A stretch of DNA of 64,000 bases from an uncultured bacterium (GCA_963801165.1 CAWDDT010000001.1:11229-75228), one strand, 5' to 3'. Positions 39,901 to 52,447 are shown, counted from the stretch's first letter. Made by a program: numbers and translations. Notes: a model not told the origin generated them from the sequence alone.

Positions 39901-40786
39901 TCCATACGTTGCGCTGGAACATTCTCCTGAAGCCGATCGCCAGGTAGAAAGGGTGGTCCGACCCCACCCACGCCACCCCGGCGCCCGCTGCCTGTACCCG
40001 ACGCAACGACTCGAATACACACCCCCGCGCCAGACCGAGCTTGCGGTAGTCGGGGTCGGTGGCGACCGGCTCTATGTAGGCGAAGCCGTTCTCGGGGACG
40101 TGCCAGATACCTGCATATGACGCGTATGAATCGTCCGGGGCGACGGCAACGATCGTGTGCTCGGGTCGAAAGTTGGGGGCGGACTGTGCTATCGGAGGCC
40201 GGTTGAGGTCCTCGTCGGGGATATCGCCCTCGTGGTCGAAGCCACGCCACATGCACATGTTGATCTTGCGGTTGTCGTTCTCGTCGGCGAGGCTCTGGAT
40301 GCGGAATCCCGGAGGCACGGGCGTCTCCGGGATCGGTCTCGTCAGGTCGTAACTCGAGTATCCGTTGTGGTATTCGGCATGCCGCTCGTAACCGAACGAC
40401 GTGGCAAGTTGCTCCAGTTCGGTGTCGTACTCGCTGATGAACAAGCCGATGATTCGTCGCCCCAGCATGATCGATGGACCACCAAAGTGCTTGTCGGCGT
40501 GGACGAGCATTTCGGGGAGGATGTAGTCGTAGCCGGGGGCCCGCTGGAAATGCACGAATGTCGTGCCATCTTCGGGATGCGCCAGACCGACGATCCTGCC
40601 GCCATCTTCGAAAACGAGAATGAGGTCGAGTGGCACCCTCTCGATGTAGGGGTGGTGGTGCATGTACTCCCAGCGTGGTTGCATCCAGTTGAGGAGTCGG
40701 TCGCCGGGCCGGTAGACGTCGATGAAGAACCGGCTGACGGCTTCGTAGTCGCGGTCCCCGTCGTAGGGGCGCGCAATGGCGGTCAT
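39884..40786 (-). CDS. GNAT family N-acetyltransferase
   Basis: IEPVATDPDYRKLGLAR, FYLAIGF. Confidence 0.88.
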   Translation of the reverse strand: MTAIARPYDGDRDYEAVSRFFIDVYRPGDRLLNWMQPRWEYMHHHPYIERVPLDLILVFEDGGRIVGLAHPEDGTTFVHFQRAPGYDYILPEMLVHADKHFGGPSIMLGRRIIGLFISEYDTELEQLATSFGYERHAEYHNGYSSYDLTRPIPETPVPPGFRIQSLADENDNRKINMCMWRGFDHEGDIPDEDLNRPPIAQSAPNFRPEHTIVAVAPDDSYASYAGIWHVPENGFAYIEPVATDPDYRKLGLARGCVFESLRRVQAAGAGVAWVGSDHPFYLAIGFRRMFQRNVWIKWLD

Positions 40787-40871
40787 GGGTGCTCCGAGGT
40801 TATTCCACATTCTCTCGCGACCCGCGGGCTATTCACTCGCGACCCGGGTTGTCGATCGGGCGCGTGGTGAA

Positions 40872-41210
40872 TCAGGCCTCCCCCTGCAGCTTCCGGATGA
40901 GGTCGTCGACAACGGCGTTGCCGACAGTCTCGCCATAGCGCTCGTCGAGAATGGTGCGCATCTTGGCGATGACCTCGTCGCGCTCCTGACTGTCGGTGCG
41001 GGTCGAGGCATCGATCACCTCCGCCCCGTCGATCCAGGGTTTGGCATCCGACGACCACGGCATCAAGATGAGCCACGACCAGATGGTCTTCGAGTTACCG
41101 ACGCCCGTTTTGCGTACCAGTCCTACGCACGAATACGGCAGGGATACCCATCCCATGCGGTTGAGACCATCACGCCCGTCTGGCATCCCGGCTGCGTCTC
41201 GTTCCGACAT
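40872..41210 (-). CDS. Small hypothetical protein
   Basis: GAGGAG RBS before ATG at 41210; no recognised motif. Confidence 0.5.
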   Translation of the reverse strand: MSERDAAGMPDGRDGLNRMGWVSLPYSCVGLVRKTGVGNSKTIWSWLILMPWSSDAKPWIDGAEVIDASTRTDSQERDEVIAKMRTILDERYGETVGNAVVDDLIRKLQGEA

Positions 41211-41218
41211 CTCACTCC

Positions 41219-41248
41219 TCATATCTTTGCCGGTCATATCTTTGCCGG
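41219..41248. repeat. Perfect 15-bp tandem duplication
   Basis: TCATATCTTTGCCGG x2 in the divergent intergenic region upstream of otsA. Confidence 0.8.
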
Positions 41249-41310
41249 CACCATACCGCGGCAACCGGCGTCGGCTAACCGCAATGCGTTAGGCTCACCC
41301 AAGGAGATGT

Positions 41311-42684
41311 GTGGTGACCCGGCGAATAGTTGTAGTTGCGAACAGGCTTCCCGTCTCGTGGGACGGGAAAGGATGGGTGACCAGTCCCGGCGGACTGGTA
41401 CGCGCCCTGGAACCGGTCCTGCGAAGGGCCAACGGATCATGGGTGGGGTGGTCGGGTAACACGGGCGAGCCACCCGAGCCGTTTGAGCACGACGGTATCA
41501 GCCAGCGCCCGGTTTCTCTCTCCGAAGAGGAGTTGGAGAGCTTCTACTACGGCTTCTGCAACAGCGCTTTGTGGCCCCTGTATCACGATGCCGTTGTGTC
41601 GCCGCAATTTCATCGCCATCACTGGCGGCCTTATCGCCGGGTCAACGAGCGGTACGCCCGGGTGGCGGCCGAGACGCTCCATCAGGGAGACATCGCCTGG
41701 ATCCAGGATTACCAGCTGCAGCTCGTTCCGGGAATGCTGCGCACCATCCGCAGCGACGTCACGATTGGCTTCTATCTCCACATTCCGTTCCCCCCGATCG
41801 AGCTGTTCTCGCGGCTGCCTTGGCGAGAGGAAGTCATCGCAGGAATGTTGGGTTCAGACGTACTGGCGTTCCAAACGAGCGCCAGTGTGCAGAACTTCGC
41901 CCGCGCCGCCCGCAAATTTGGCAAGGCCGAGTCCGTGGGCAGGCGAGAGCTGGAGTGGAACGGGCGGGTGATAAAGCTGCAACGAGCGCCCATCGCAATC
42001 GACACCGACCAGTTCGAGCGGCTGGCCCGCTCCGAGGCCGTCCAGGAACGCGCCGCCGAGCTGAGGCGCGAGCTCGGCGATGTCGAACACGTGATCCTCG
42101 GCGTAGACCGGCTCGACTACACCAAGGGGATCGATCTTCGGCTGAAATCGTTTGCGGGCTTGCTCGACCAAAGCCGCGAGCATCCCCGCCGCTTTGCCTA
42201 TGTCCAGGTGGCGGTGCCGAGCCGGGAAAGCGTGCCCGCATACCAGGATCTACGCTCCGAGATCGAGCAGCTCGTCGGGCATATCAACGGCACCTACGGT
42301 GAGGCCGGCTGGGCGCCCGTGTCTTACCTATATCGCAGCCTGGCCATCGAAGAGCTGGTTGCGTACTACGTCACTGCCGATGTGATGTTGGTGACGCCGC
42401 TGCGGGACGGCATGAACCTCGTGGCCAAAGAGTATGTCGCCTGCCGGCGCGGGAACCCCGGCGTGCTTGTGCTCAGCGAGTTTGCCGGCGCCGCCGAGCA
42501 GCTGCGGTCCGCGGTGATCGTCAACCCGTACGACGTCGATGGTGTCACCGACGCGATGCGCCGGGCGACCGGGATGAACTACGGCGAAGCCAGGATCCGT
42601 ATGCAGCGATTGCGGCGGACGGTGCAGCGAGAGGACGTATTCAAGTGGGCGAGCGACTGTCTCGCCGAGCTCGAGGCGTTCTGA
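41311..42684 (+). CDS. otsA: Trehalose-6-phosphate synthase
   Basis: [50 protein letters not shown]. Confidence 0.95.
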   Translation: MVTRRIVVVANRLPVSWDGKGWVTSPGGLVRALEPVLRRANGSWVGWSGNTGEPPEPFEHDGISQRPVSLSEEELESFYYGFCNSALWPLYHDAVVSPQFHRHHWRPYRRVNERYARVAAETLHQGDIAWIQDYQLQLVPGMLRTIRSDVTIGFYLHIPFPPIELFSRLPWREEVIAGMLGSDVLAFQTSASVQNFARAARKFGKAESVGRRELEWNGRVIKLQRAPIAIDTDQFERLARSEAVQERAAELRRELGDVEHVILGVDRLDYTKGIDLRLKSFAGLLDQSREHPRRFAYVQVAVPSRESVPAYQDLRSEIEQLVGHINGTYGEAGWAPVSYLYRSLAIEELVAYYVTADVMLVTPLRDGMNLVAKEYVACRRGNPGVLVLSEFAGAAEQLRSAVIVNPYDVDGVTDAMRRATGMNYGEARIRMQRLRRTVQREDVFKWASDCLAELEAF

Positions 42685-42718
42685 GCCCTACCGGGCGCCG
42701 GCACCCCGGTGACGGCAG

Positions 42719-45700
42719 TCACTCCGACCGGATCAGGTGGAGGGCTCCCCTGAGGGCGATCGGTATCCAATCGGGCCGGTGAATCAGCTCCCAATGGACT
42801 TCGCGCAATGCCTTGGCGAGCTCGAAGGCGGCGAGCAGCGCCTCGATGCTCTCGTCCTCGGTGGGAAGGACCGCCGAGAACGTTGCCGCGTCCACATACG
42901 AGCGAACGAAGCGCTCTCCGAGGATGCGATACCAAAGCTCGGCGTGCGCCACGCTGTCTGGCTTGTCGATGCTGCGGGCGGCGGCCAGTGAGGCGTAGCC
43001 CAGCGATCGGAGCATCTCGGCGACGTCGCGTAGCGGGGGCGCCTTGAGCCGGCGCTCGCTGATCGGCCGGGTGTGGTCGCCGCTCAAGTCCAGCACGTAG
43101 AACTCGCCTTCGATCATGCGTAGCTCGTCCAGCCGGAAGTTGCCGTGGATCCTGATGCGCCGCCCCGACGGCGGCACATGTCTCACGCGGTTGATGATCT
43201 CCAGCATCGTCGCTTGTCCGGCAACAAGGGTCTCGAGATCGGTTCTCACCGCCTCGGGTGCGTTTCCAACCCTGGCGCCGATCGCATTGAGCTCTTGTTT
43301 TACGCCCGCTCGCAACGACTGGTAGAGAGACCGCTGGTACAGGGTGGTCACCGGCTCGGGACGCAGCTCAGGCTCCTCGGTCTGGGTGGCGAGCGCCTGG
43401 TGGAACTCGGCGGTCATCACACCCAGGCTCGTGGCGTAGGCGAGTGACGTCTCGAGCGCCTCGGTGACATCCCCGGCGGTGAGGGTATCGCCGCTCAGCC
43501 AATGGCCCGCAGGTATCTCGCCCGGTGGCGGCGCATCCCCGATCTGATCCAGATGGGTCAGGCACAGATCGAGGAACACGGTCCATGCCGTCAGCTCCGG
43601 GTCGAGGTTCTTCTGCATCATGCCGAGGCTGAAGCTGTCCCCCGACTCGTACTCGAGTGCTCCGTACACCGGTGCCAGGTTCGCGAAGCTGGTGCGCTCG
43701 GTCAGGTAGCGGCGCAGCTCGAGATCGGGGTGAACACCCGGTTCGATCGTCCTGAACAGTTTCAGAGTCAGGTCGGGGCCGTACTTAACGAAGGACTCGC
43801 CCTGTGCGGTCTGTTGCAACCGCGGTGTGGCTGCACCGGCGAGCTCGATGTCTGCGGCCCGTGTATGGCTCCAGACGGCGCCGGTGCGCCCCAGCAGCTC
43901 CCTCCCCTCGACGATCGCCTGGTAGAGGGCATTGCAGAAGTCGGGGTCATAGAGCGCATCGACCAGCACCCCCGGCCCTTCGCCGTGTTCCACGAAGGCG
44001 ACGATCGCTTCCTCAGGAAGAGCCGACTCGCCCGCGAGATGAAAGCTCAGCGGCATCAGGTACCGTCGAGGTGGTCCCGACACGAACTCGATGTCGAGCA
44101 AGATGATCCACCCGGCGGTACCGCCTTGCTCTCCGCCGATCGGGATCGCATCGAACGTGGTGGCGTTGAGAACGCGCCGCCCCCGATCGTTGTACCAGAC
44201 CTGTCCCTCGGCGTACCCGGCCAGATGTCTGGCAAAAGGGTGGTCGCTGCCGAAGAGGTCGGCGATGGGACCATCGACCGTGAACCGGTTCCGCTCACCG
44301 GCGTCGGCGTCGTCAGTGTGGATAATGAGCCAGTAGTAGCCGAAAGGGCCGAGCGTGAGCAGGTAGGGCAGCTCACCGATTCTGGGGAACTCGGTGTGAC
44401 CTAGCAGCTCGATGAGGTGTGAGCCCGCGTAGTCGTGGAGATCGAGCTCGACGAACTGGGCATGGCGGCTGAGGTTGGCCACGATGAGCATCGTCTCGCC
44501 TTCGCCCTCCCTGATGAAGGTGAGCACCTGGTCGTTGGCCGGATGGAGGAATCTGATCGATCCGCGCCCGAACACGGGATGGCGACGGCGACGGCGAATC
44601 ATCCGCCGAACCCACCACAGCAGCGAGTTCGGGTTGGCGTGTTCGGCTTCCACGTTCACTGTCTCGTAGTGGTATTGCGGGTCCACAACCACCGGCAGGT
44701 AGAGCGACTGCGGGTTCGCAGACGAGAACCCGGCGTTGCGATCGTTGCTCCACTGCATCGGGGTGCGGACGCCTTCCCGGTCGGCAAGGAAGATGTTGTC
44801 CCCCATGCCGATCTCGTCGCCGTAGTAGAGGGCGGGCGTTCCCGGCAGGGAGAGGAGCAAGCTCATCAGCAATTCGAGCCGGCGCCGATCGTTCTCGAGC
44901 AACGGCGCGAGCCGCCGCCGGATACCGAGATTGAGCCGGGCGCGGCGGTCGGGCGAGTAGGCCCGCCACATGAGGTCGCGCTCCTCCTCGGAGACCATCT
45001 CCAGTGTCAGCTCGTCGTGGTTGCGGAGGAACGTGGCCCACTGTGCCGTCTCCGGGATCGGTGGGGTCTGCTCGAGGATGTCGATGATGGGAATCCGAGA
45101 AGCGCGTTCCAGCGCCAGATAGAGACGGGGCATCAGCGGGAAGTGGAACGACATGTGGCACTCGTCGCCGTTACCGAAGTAGGCGACCGCGTCTTCGGGC
45201 CACTGATTCGCCTCTGCAAGCAGCATGCGGTCGCCGTACTTGTCGTCGATGTGGGCCCGTAGCCGGCGCAGCTCATCGTGAGTCTCGGGGAGATTCTCCC
45301 CATTGGTGCCCTCCCGCTCATGGAGGTAGGGGATGGCATCGAGTCGTAGCCCGTCGACACCCATGTCCAGCCAGTAGTCAAGGACCTCGAGAACGCCCTT
45401 GCGTACCGCCGGGTTGTTCCAATTGAGGTCCGGCTGGTGGGAGAAGAACCGGTGCCAGTAGTAGGCCTTGGCAACGGGGTCCCAGGCCCAATTGGACGTC
45501 TCGGTGTCCTGGAAGATGATGCGGACATCCTGGTAGCGATCAGTGGTGTCATTCCACACGTAGAAGTCGCGTTCGGGTGTCCCGGGCTCGGATCGCCTGG
45601 CCCGTTGGAACCAGGGATGCTGGTCTGAGGTGTGGTTGATGACCAGCTCGGTAATGACGTACATGCCCCGGGCATGGGCTTCGGCGAGGAAGTGCCGGAA

Positions 45701-45961
45701 GTCGTCGATGGTGCCGTAGCTGGGGTGCACGTCGTAGTAGTCGGCAATGTCGTAGCCGTCGTCGCGCAGCGGCGAAGGATAGAAGGGGAGCAGCCAGATG
45801 GCATTGACCCCGAGCTGCTGTAGGTAGTCGAGCCGGCTGGTGAGGCCGGTGAAGTCGCCGATGCCGTCCCCGTTGGAGTCGGAGAAGGCGCGCACGTGCA
45901 CCTCGTAGATGACGGCGTCCCGGTACCAGCCCGGGGGACGGTTGATTTGATCGGCTGCCAT
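42719..45961 (-). CDS. treS: Trehalose synthase (GH13) fused to a maltokinase-like domain
   Basis: [41 protein letters not shown]; C-terminal APH/Mak-like domain; TAGTCT-N6-ATG. Confidence 0.93.
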   Translation of the reverse strand: MAADQINRPPGWYRDAVIYEVHVRAFSDSNGDGIGDFTGLTSRLDYLQQLGVNAIWLLPFYPSPLRDDGYDIADYYDVHPSYGTIDDFRHFLAEAHARGMYVITELVINHTSDQHPWFQRARRSEPGTPERDFYVWNDTTDRYQDVRIIFQDTETSNWAWDPVAKAYYWHRFFSHQPDLNWNNPAVRKGVLEVLDYWLDMGVDGLRLDAIPYLHEREGTNGENLPETHDELRRLRAHIDDKYGDRMLLAEANQWPEDAVAYFGNGDECHMSFHFPLMPRLYLALERASRIPIIDILEQTPPIPETAQWATFLRNHDELTLEMVSEEERDLMWRAYSPDRRARLNLGIRRRLAPLLENDRRRLELLMSLLLSLPGTPALYYGDEIGMGDNIFLADREGVRTPMQWSNDRNAGFSSANPQSLYLPVVVDPQYHYETVNVEAEHANPNSLLWWVRRMIRRRRRHPVFGRGSIRFLHPANDQVLTFIREGEGETMLIVANLSRHAQFVELDLHDYAGSHLIELLGHTEFPRIGELPYLLTLGPFGYYWLIIHTDDADAGERNRFTVDGPIADLFGSDHPFARHLAGYAEGQVWYNDRGRRVLNATTFDAIPIGGEQGGTAGWIILLDIEFVSGPPRRYLMPLSFHLAGESALPEEAIVAFVEHGEGPGVLVDALYDPDFCNALYQAIVEGRELLGRTGAVWSHTRAADIELAGAATPRLQQTAQGESFVKYGPDLTLKLFRTIEPGVHPDLELRRYLTERTSFANLAPVYGALEYESGDSFSLGMMQKNLDPELTAWTVFLDLCLTHLDQIGDAPPPGEIPAGHWLSGDTLTAGDVTEALETSLAYATSLGVMTAEFHQALATQTEEPELRPEPVTTLYQRSLYQSLRAGVKQELNAIGARVGNAPEAVRTDLETLVAGQATMLEIINRVRHVPPSGRRIRIHGNFRLDELRMIEGEFYVLDLSGDHTRPISERRLKAPPLRDVAEMLRSLGYASLAAARSIDKPDSVAHAELWYRILGERFVRSYVDAATFSAVLPTEDESIEALLAAFELAKALREVHWELIHRPDWIPIALRGALHLIRSE

Positions 45962-46054
45962 TCGCAAAGACTAGGGCGAGGGCCGAAGCGCGTGTCGAGG
46001 GCGCATGCCGCATCCCGATCCGGACTAGGTTTGGGGGCGCGACGAAAGGAGACC

Positions 46055-47635
46055 GTGGTGTTGCAGCTGAACGGGATCGATCTGAAGAACGTCGGGGAAG
46101 TACACCACAATCTCGCCACTCCGGCGCTCTACGAGGAGGCCATCCGGCGGGGCGAGGCGAGGATTGGTCATCTCGGGCCCCTCGTCGTCAGCACCGGTAA
46201 GTACACCGGCCGGTCGGCCAACGACAAGTTCGTCGTTCGGGAGCCATTCACTCAGGACATCATCTGGTGGGGCAAGATAAACAAGCCGTTCGATCCGGTT
46301 GACTTCGACAAGGTTCTCTACGGTCTCCGTTCGTACCTGCAGAACAAGGATATCTTCGTACAGGACGGGTACGCCGGTGCGGATCCGAAATACCGTATCA
46401 ACGTGCGAGTCATCAGCGAGCATGCCTGGCACAGCCTTTTTGCCCGCAACATGTTCATCCGTGAGTTCGACCCCGAGGTGATCGCCTCGTTCGAGCCCGA
46501 CTACACGGTGATTCACTGCCCGAACTTCCAGGCCGATCCGCAGCAGGAGCACACTGCCAGCGAAGCCTTTGTCTTGCTCAATCTCGACCAGCGACTGGTA
46601 GTCATCGGGGGCACCAGTTATGCGGGCGAGATCAAGAAGTCGATCTTCACAGTGATGAATTACCTCATGCCGATCAGGGGTGTGCTCAGCCTTCACTCGT
46701 CGGCCAACGTTGGATCGCAAGGAGACGCGGCTGTCTTCTTTGGTCTGTCGGGTACCGGCAAGACCACGTTGTCGACGGAGGCGGATCGAGCGCTCATCGG
46801 CGACGACGAACTGGGCTGGAGCGACGACGGTATCTTTAACTATGAGGGCGGGTGTTACGCCAAGATGATCCGGCTCTCGGACGAGTCCGAGCCTGAGATC
46901 TACCAAACCACGAGACGGTTCGGGACTGTGCTCGAGAACGTGACGATCGACGAGAAGACCCGCAGGCTCGACCTCTCAGAGGCAACCACCGAGAACACGA
47001 GAGGGGCGTACCCGATCACCCATATCGACAACATCGTCGAGGGCGCGATGGCCGGTCACCCCAAGAACATCTTCATGTTGACGGCCGACGCATTCGGGGT
47101 GCTGCCGCCGATTGCCAAGCTCGACCGGGAGCAGGCGAAATATCACTTCATTTCCGGGTACACGGCCAAGGTCGCCGGCACAGAGCGGGGCGTCAAGGAG
47201 CCCCAGGCAACGTTCTCCGCGTGTTTCGGCGCACCGTTCATGCCCTTGCATCCAACGGTATACGCCGACCTTCTCGGCAAGAAGATCGCCGAGCACGAGG
47301 TGAGCGTGTGGTTGGTTAACACCGGCTGGACGGGCGGACCGTACGGAGTGGGGGAGCGACTCAAGATCGCACATTCCCGTGCGGTGATCGCGGCCGCGCT
47401 GAGCGGCGTTCTCGACAAGGGCGGATTCACGAAGGACCCGGTGTTCGGCTTTGCCGTACCCGACGAGTGTCCCGGCGTTCCCACCGAGCTCCTCACCCCG
47501 CGCAGGACCTGGAGCGACCCGTCCGAATACGACTCGAAAGCAGCTCATCTCGCAGATCTGTTCCGCGAGAACTTCCGGGAGTTCGTCGAGATGGCCGGGG
47601 CTGAGCTGGAGGCGGCAGGCCCGGTGACACACTGA
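46055..47635 (+). CDS. pckA: Phosphoenolpyruvate carboxykinase (ATP)
   Basis: TGRSANDK, YAGEIKK, GLSGTGKTTLS, LIGDDE, EGGCYAK, ENTR, FSACFGAPF. Confidence 0.95.
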   Translation: MVLQLNGIDLKNVGEVHHNLATPALYEEAIRRGEARIGHLGPLVVSTGKYTGRSANDKFVVREPFTQDIIWWGKINKPFDPVDFDKVLYGLRSYLQNKDIFVQDGYAGADPKYRINVRVISEHAWHSLFARNMFIREFDPEVIASFEPDYTVIHCPNFQADPQQEHTASEAFVLLNLDQRLVVIGGTSYAGEIKKSIFTVMNYLMPIRGVLSLHSSANVGSQGDAAVFFGLSGTGKTTLSTEADRALIGDDELGWSDDGIFNYEGGCYAKMIRLSDESEPEIYQTTRRFGTVLENVTIDEKTRRLDLSEATTENTRGAYPITHIDNIVEGAMAGHPKNIFMLTADAFGVLPPIAKLDREQAKYHFISGYTAKVAGTERGVKEPQATFSACFGAPFMPLHPTVYADLLGKKIAEHEVSVWLVNTGWTGGPYGVGERLKIAHSRAVIAAALSGVLDKGGFTKDPVFGFAVPDECPGVPTELLTPRRTWSDPSEYDSKAAHLADLFRENFREFVEMAGAELEAAGPVTH

Positions 47636-47646
47636 GCTGTCGATAG

Positions 47647-49143
47647 ATGGGAACCTTCGCAGAGTACGAATCGTACGATGCCGTCGGGCTCGCCGAGCTG
47701 CTGGAACGCGGCGAGGCCACCTCATCCGAGCTCATAGAAGCGGCGATCGAACGGGCCGAGGACCTCAACCCAAAACTGAACGCGGTCATCGCCGGGCACT
47801 ACGAGAGGGCACGACGACAGGCCGCTGCCGATAGCCAGCCCGGGCCGTTTCACGGCGTCCCGTTTCTCACCAAGGACCTCGCCGCCGTCGAGGGTGATGT
47901 AGTCAGCTTCGGCTCGGTCTTCTTCCGCAACTTCCGCTCTCCGGTCACCGACGAGTTTCAATCACGCATCGAACGGGCTGGTCTGATTTCGATTGGTAGG
48001 ACCAACTCTCCGGAGTTCGGCTTGCTGCCCACGACCGAGCCGGCCCTGTACGGACCGGCGCACAATCCGTGGGCTCTCGATCGTTCCACAGGCGGCTCGA
48101 GCGGCGGATCCGCGGCAGCAACTGCCGCCGGGATCGTGCCCATGGCTCACGCCAGCGACGGCGGCGGCTCGATACGGATACCGGCCTCAGCGTGCGGGGT
48201 GTTCGGCCTCAAGACGACGCGGGGGAGGGTTCCCCGCTATCCGGAGTCACCCGCCGACTATCTCTCGGTCGAGCTCGGCGTCAGCCGATCAGTGCGTGAC
48301 CTCGCCGTCCTTCTCGACGTCACACACGGGGCCGTACCGGGTGCGGAGTACCGGGTACCGCCGCCCGAGCAGACGTTTGCCTCCGCTCTGGGCGAGGTGC
48401 CGGAGCCGCGGAGAATCGCGGTCATGACAACGGACTTCCGCGGCAAGACGACATCACCGGAATGCCGCGATGCGGTGGCCGCCACCGGTGCCGTCCTCGC
48501 CGATCTGGGCCATGAGGTCGAGGAAGCTGCACCGGCCATCGATGGGCAATCGATGGCCGAAGCATTCCTCGTTGTGTGGGAGTCGCTCGCCGAGTCGATC
48601 TTCACGACGATTCTCGCGGAGGTGGGGAAGCGACGCTCGGGGGCGCTCCTGACCCGGCTACTGGGCGACTGGCGTGCCATGAAGTTCATCGCCTGGGTAG
48701 ACAAGAGAAAGGGCCGCAAGGACTCGTTCGAGCCGTTCACCTGGGGCCTGGCGAAGCGGTCCCGACGGAGAACGCCCGCCGACCTCGCCGCTGCACGCGT
48801 CGAGCTGCAAAGGGTGTCGTACCAGGTTGGCGAGTTCTTCGAGACGTACGACTCGTTGTTGACCCCGGTCCTGGGCGGTCCACCCGTGGCTCTGGGTGGG
48901 ATCGACCAGACGGGGGAGTGGGACGCGCTCATAGAGCAGCTCATCGACTATGTCGCCTTTACCCCGATTGCCAACTTCACCGGTTTCCCGGCGATGTCCG
49001 TGCCCACCTACTGGGCACCTTCCGGGTTGCCGATAGGGACGCACTTCATGGGCAGGTTCGGTGATGAGCGCGGCTTGTTCGCGCTGGCGGGTCAGTTGGA
49101 ACGGGCGATGCCGTGGTTCGACCGGAGGCCCGCTATCGGCTGA
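47647..49143 (+). CDS. Amidase signature family protein
   Basis: [28 protein letters not shown]. Confidence 0.92.
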   Translation: MGTFAEYESYDAVGLAELLERGEATSSELIEAAIERAEDLNPKLNAVIAGHYERARRQAAADSQPGPFHGVPFLTKDLAAVEGDVVSFGSVFFRNFRSPVTDEFQSRIERAGLISIGRTNSPEFGLLPTTEPALYGPAHNPWALDRSTGGSSGGSAAATAAGIVPMAHASDGGGSIRIPASACGVFGLKTTRGRVPRYPESPADYLSVELGVSRSVRDLAVLLDVTHGAVPGAEYRVPPPEQTFASALGEVPEPRRIAVMTTDFRGKTTSPECRDAVAATGAVLADLGHEVEEAAPAIDGQSMAEAFLVVWESLAESIFTTILAEVGKRRSGALLTRLLGDWRAMKFIAWVDKRKGRKDSFEPFTWGLAKRSRRRTPADLAAARVELQRVSYQVGEFFETYDSLLTPVLGGPPVALGGIDQTGEWDALIEQLIDYVAFTPIANFTGFPAMSVPTYWAPSGLPIGTHFMGRFGDERGLFALAGQLERAMPWFDRRPAIG

Positions 49144-49642
49144 GGCGGATGTAGGCCGCCCCGAGCGCCACGTAGTGATCGACACCTTCGCTCTGCCGGG
49201 CGATCTCCTCCTCGGTGAGCTCTCGCACCGGCTTGGCGGGGATCCCCATCGCCAGTGTCCAGGGCGGGATGGTCTTGCCCTCGGTGAGGATGGCGCCGGC
49301 CGCCAGCCAGGATCCTTCGCCCATTGTCGCACCGTTGAGCACCCGGGCGCCGATCCCGACCAGGCAATGTGCACCGACCCTGGCGCCGTGCACGACCGCA
49401 GCGTGCCCGACCGTGACCCGTTTCCCGATGATCGTCGGCAGCCCCTCATCGACGTGTACGACGCAGTTGTCCTGGATGTTCGTTTCGGCCCCGACGTGCA
49501 CCTGATCGAGTTCGGCTCGGATCACGGTCCCGAACATGATGACCGCGCGGTGGGCTACGACGATGTTGCCATGGAGCACCGCGGTGGGTGCGATGTACGC
49601 CGTCGGGTCTATCTCCGCGTCGGCAATAGCGATGTCCCGCAT
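49133..49642 (-). CDS. Gamma carbonic anhydrase family (hexapeptide repeat) protein
   Basis: NIQDNCVVH, VTVGHAAVVHG His ligands. Confidence 0.9.
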   Translation of the reverse strand: MRDIAIADAEIDPTAYIAPTAVLHGNIVVAHRAVIMFGTVIRAELDQVHVGAETNIQDNCVVHVDEGLPTIIGKRVTVGHAAVVHGARVGAHCLVGIGARVLNGATMGEGSWLAAGAILTEGKTIPPWTLAMGIPAKPVRELTEEEIARQSEGVDHYVALGAAYIRLSR

Positions 49643-49689
49643 CTGATCTCCTCGCTCGCGGGGTCTTCAGGACGAGATGCGTTACCGGA

Positions 49690-50148
49690 TCAGCGGTGCT
49701 CTTCGACAATCGGAGCGGGTAGATCGCCCTCGCGCAACTTGGCGTCGTCTGCGGCAATCCGTGCCAGTGTCGCGCCTTCGAGCTGCTTGGTGAACGCCTC
49801 CTTGGCGGCCATCCACACCCAGTGGATGGCACAGGCGCGATCCCAATGACAGGGTCCACTGTCGAGGGCACACGCCGGCGCGTCGTTGTTGCCCTCGAGG
49901 GCAACAATGATGTCATTGAGCGTGATGGTCTCCGGGTCCTTGGCGAGCGTATACCCGCCGGTGCGACCCGGCTGCGACGTGACCAGGTCGGCGCGACCCA
50001 GTTCCTGCAGAACCTGACGCAAGAACCCGACGGGAATATCCATGTCTTTGGAGATAGCCGGAGCTGCCTGACCTTGCGGATAGCTCTGTGCCAGGTTGAT
50101 CAGAGCCCGGACTCCATAGTCGGTGCGACGCGTCGGAACGATCTTCAT
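49690..50148 (-). CDS. Rrf2 family transcriptional regulator
   Basis: DYGVRAL, GRTGGYTL, CALDSGPCHWDRAC (three Cys). Confidence 0.92.
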   Translation of the reverse strand: MKIVPTRRTDYGVRALINLAQSYPQGQAAPAISKDMDIPVGFLRQVLQELGRADLVTSQPGRTGGYTLAKDPETITLNDIIVALEGNNDAPACALDSGPCHWDRACAIHWVWMAAKEAFTKQLEGATLARIAADDAKLREGDLPAPIVEEHR

Positions 50149-50205
50149 GCCCGAAAGTGTAGGTCAAATCGCGAGTCGATGGGTACAGGTTCTTGTCGCG
50201 GCCGC

Positions 50206-51240
50206 TCAGGCGACGCCGGACCAGTCGAGGATCACCTTGGCGCATCTACCCGTCCGCATCGTTGCGAACGCTTCCTCGTACTCGTCTGCGCGGAACTCAT
50301 GGGTGATGACCGGTGAAACGTCGAGACCCGAGTGCAGCATCGCCGTCATCAGGTACCAGGTCTCGAACATGCGTCGTCCGTAGATGCCTCTCATGGTCAG
50401 ACCCTTGAAGATGATCGTATTCCAATCCATCGGTGCGTCTTCCGGTGGGATGCCGAGCAATGCAACAGACGCCCCATGGTTCATCGTCTCGAGCATCTCA
50501 TGCAGAGCGCTGCGCACCCCCGACATCTCCATTCCGATGTCGAAGCCTTCGGTCATCCCGAGCTGTGTCATCGCCTCGCGTAATGACGTCTGATTGGTGT
50601 TGAGGGCGAGATCGGCGCCCATATTCGCCGCGATATCCAGGCGATAGTCGTTGACATCGGTGATGACGACATAGCGGGAACCTGCGTGACGGGCGATTGC
50701 GGCCGCCATCATCCCGATGGGGCCGGCACCGGTGATGAGTACGTCCTCGCCCACGAGATCGAACGACAACGCGGTGTGGGTGGCGTTGCCGAGAGGGTCG
50801 AGGATGGTGGCTATCCGATCCGGTATTTCGTCTGGTACGGGGAAGGCATTGAACGCCGGGATCGTTAGGTATTCGGCGAATGCACCTGGCCGATTCACCC
50901 CGACGCCGACCGTGTTGCGGCAAAACTGCCTCCTTCCGGCGCGACAATTGCGGCAGTGGCCACATGTGACGTGGCCCTCACCGGACACCCGCTGGCCGAT
51001 TGTGAAGCCCTGGACCTCGGAGCCGATGGCATCGATGACGCCGACAAACTCGTGACCCACCTGCATCCCGATCGGTATCGTCTGCTGAGCCCAGGCATCC
51101 CAGTTGACGATGTGAAGGTCGGTGCCGCACACCGCGGTCTTGCTGATCTTGATCCGGACATCGTTGTGCCCGACGTCCGGTATCGGGAGGTCCTCCATCC
51201 AGATACCCGGCTCGTCCGTGGCTTTGACCAGGGCCTTCAC
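50206..51240 (-). CDS. tdh: L-threonine 3-dehydrogenase
   Basis: [31 protein letters not shown]. Confidence 0.96.
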   Translation of the reverse strand: MKALVKATDEPGIWMEDLPIPDVGHNDVRIKISKTAVCGTDLHIVNWDAWAQQTIPIGMQVGHEFVGVIDAIGSEVQGFTIGQRVSGEGHVTCGHCRNCRAGRRQFCRNTVGVGVNRPGAFAEYLTIPAFNAFPVPDEIPDRIATILDPLGNATHTALSFDLVGEDVLITGAGPIGMMAAAIARHAGSRYVVITDVNDYRLDIAANMGADLALNTNQTSLREAMTQLGMTEGFDIGMEMSGVRSALHEMLETMNHGASVALLGIPPEDAPMDWNTIIFKGLTMRGIYGRRMFETWYLMTAMLHSGLDVSPVITHEFRADEYEEAFATMRTGRCAKVILDWSGVA

Positions 51241-52427
51241 GCCACCACCCCCAACTCGCGTCCGACCTCGGAGAATGCCGCCACGGCGTGATCGATGTGC
51301 TCGTTCGTGTGCGCCGCCGACATCTGGGTGCGGATCCTTGCCTCGCCGCGAGGGACGACCGGGAACGAGAAGCCGATGACGTAGATGCCCCTCTCGAGCA
51401 GCCGGTCGGCCATCTCGGTCGCCAGCCTGGCGTCTCCGAGCATCACAGGGATGATTGGATGGTCCGCTCCGGCCAGGGTGAACCCTGCTGCGGTCATCCC
51501 GGCCCGAAATCGCTCCGAGTTTTCTCGCAGCCGGGTCCTCAGCTCGTCGGAGCTACGGAGCAGATCGAGCGCGGTGAGCGATGTGGCGGCGATCATGGGG
51601 GCCAGCGAGTTCGAGAAGAGATAGGGGCGGGATCGCTGGCGCAGCCAGGTAACGATCTCCTTGTGTCCCGCGGTGTAGCCGCCGGAGGCTCCGCCCAGTG
51701 CCTTGCCCAGGGTGCCGGTGATGATGTCAACCCGGCCGATCACATTGCAGTACTCCGGGGTACCCCGCCCGCCGGCGCCGACGAAGCCGACGGCATGGGA
51801 GTCGTCCACCATGACCATTGCCCCGTACTGGTCGGCGAGGTCACATATGGCCGACAGGTTGGCGATTGTGCCCTCCATCGAGAACACGCCATCGGTGGCG
51901 ATCAACACGTGCTCGGCACCGCTCACTTCCTTGAGCCGGGTCTCCAGGTCGGCCATGTCGTTGTTGGCGTACCGGTAGCGCTGCGCCTTGCACAGACGCA
52001 CTCCGTCGATGATCGAGGCATGGTTGAGTGAGTCGGAGACAATGGCATCTTCCGGTCCCAGCAACGCTTCGAACAAACCGCCGTTGGCATCGAAGCACGA
52101 CGAGTAGAGGATGGTGTCCCCGGTGCCAAGGAAGTCGCTCAACTCGGCCTCGAGGCGCTTGTGTACGGTCTGGGTACCGCAGATGAACCGCACAGATGAC
52201 ATCCCGTAGCCGTACTCGGTGACGGCTTCCGCCGCCGCGGCGACGAGCGCGGGATGGTTGGCCAGGCCCAGGTAGTTGTTGGCGCACATGTTGATGACCT
52301 GCGAGCCGTCGTCGAGAGTGATCACCGCCTGCTGCGGAGATGCGATGGTCCTCTCCTCTTTGAAGAGCCCCGATTCGCGGAGCTCCTTTGTCTGTTCCCT
52401 GAGTTGCGCGAGAAATGTTGCGTCCAT
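51237..52427 (-). CDS. kbl: Glycine C-acetyltransferase (2-amino-3-ketobutyrate CoA ligase)
   Basis: [40 protein letters not shown]. Confidence 0.96.
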   Translation of the reverse strand: MDATFLAQLREQTKELRESGLFKEERTIASPQQAVITLDDGSQVINMCANNYLGLANHPALVAAAAEAVTEYGYGMSSVRFICGTQTVHKRLEAELSDFLGTGDTILYSSCFDANGGLFEALLGPEDAIVSDSLNHASIIDGVRLCKAQRYRYANNDMADLETRLKEVSGAEHVLIATDGVFSMEGTIANLSAICDLADQYGAMVMVDDSHAVGFVGAGGRGTPEYCNVIGRVDIITGTLGKALGGASGGYTAGHKEIVTWLRQRSRPYLFSNSLAPMIAATSLTALDLLRSSDELRTRLRENSERFRAGMTAAGFTLAGADHPIIPVMLGDARLATEMADRLLERGIYVIGFSFPVVPRGEARIRTQMSAAHTNEHIDHAVAAFSEVGRELGVVA

Positions 52428-52447
52428 AACGCCTCCCGCGGCAAATA

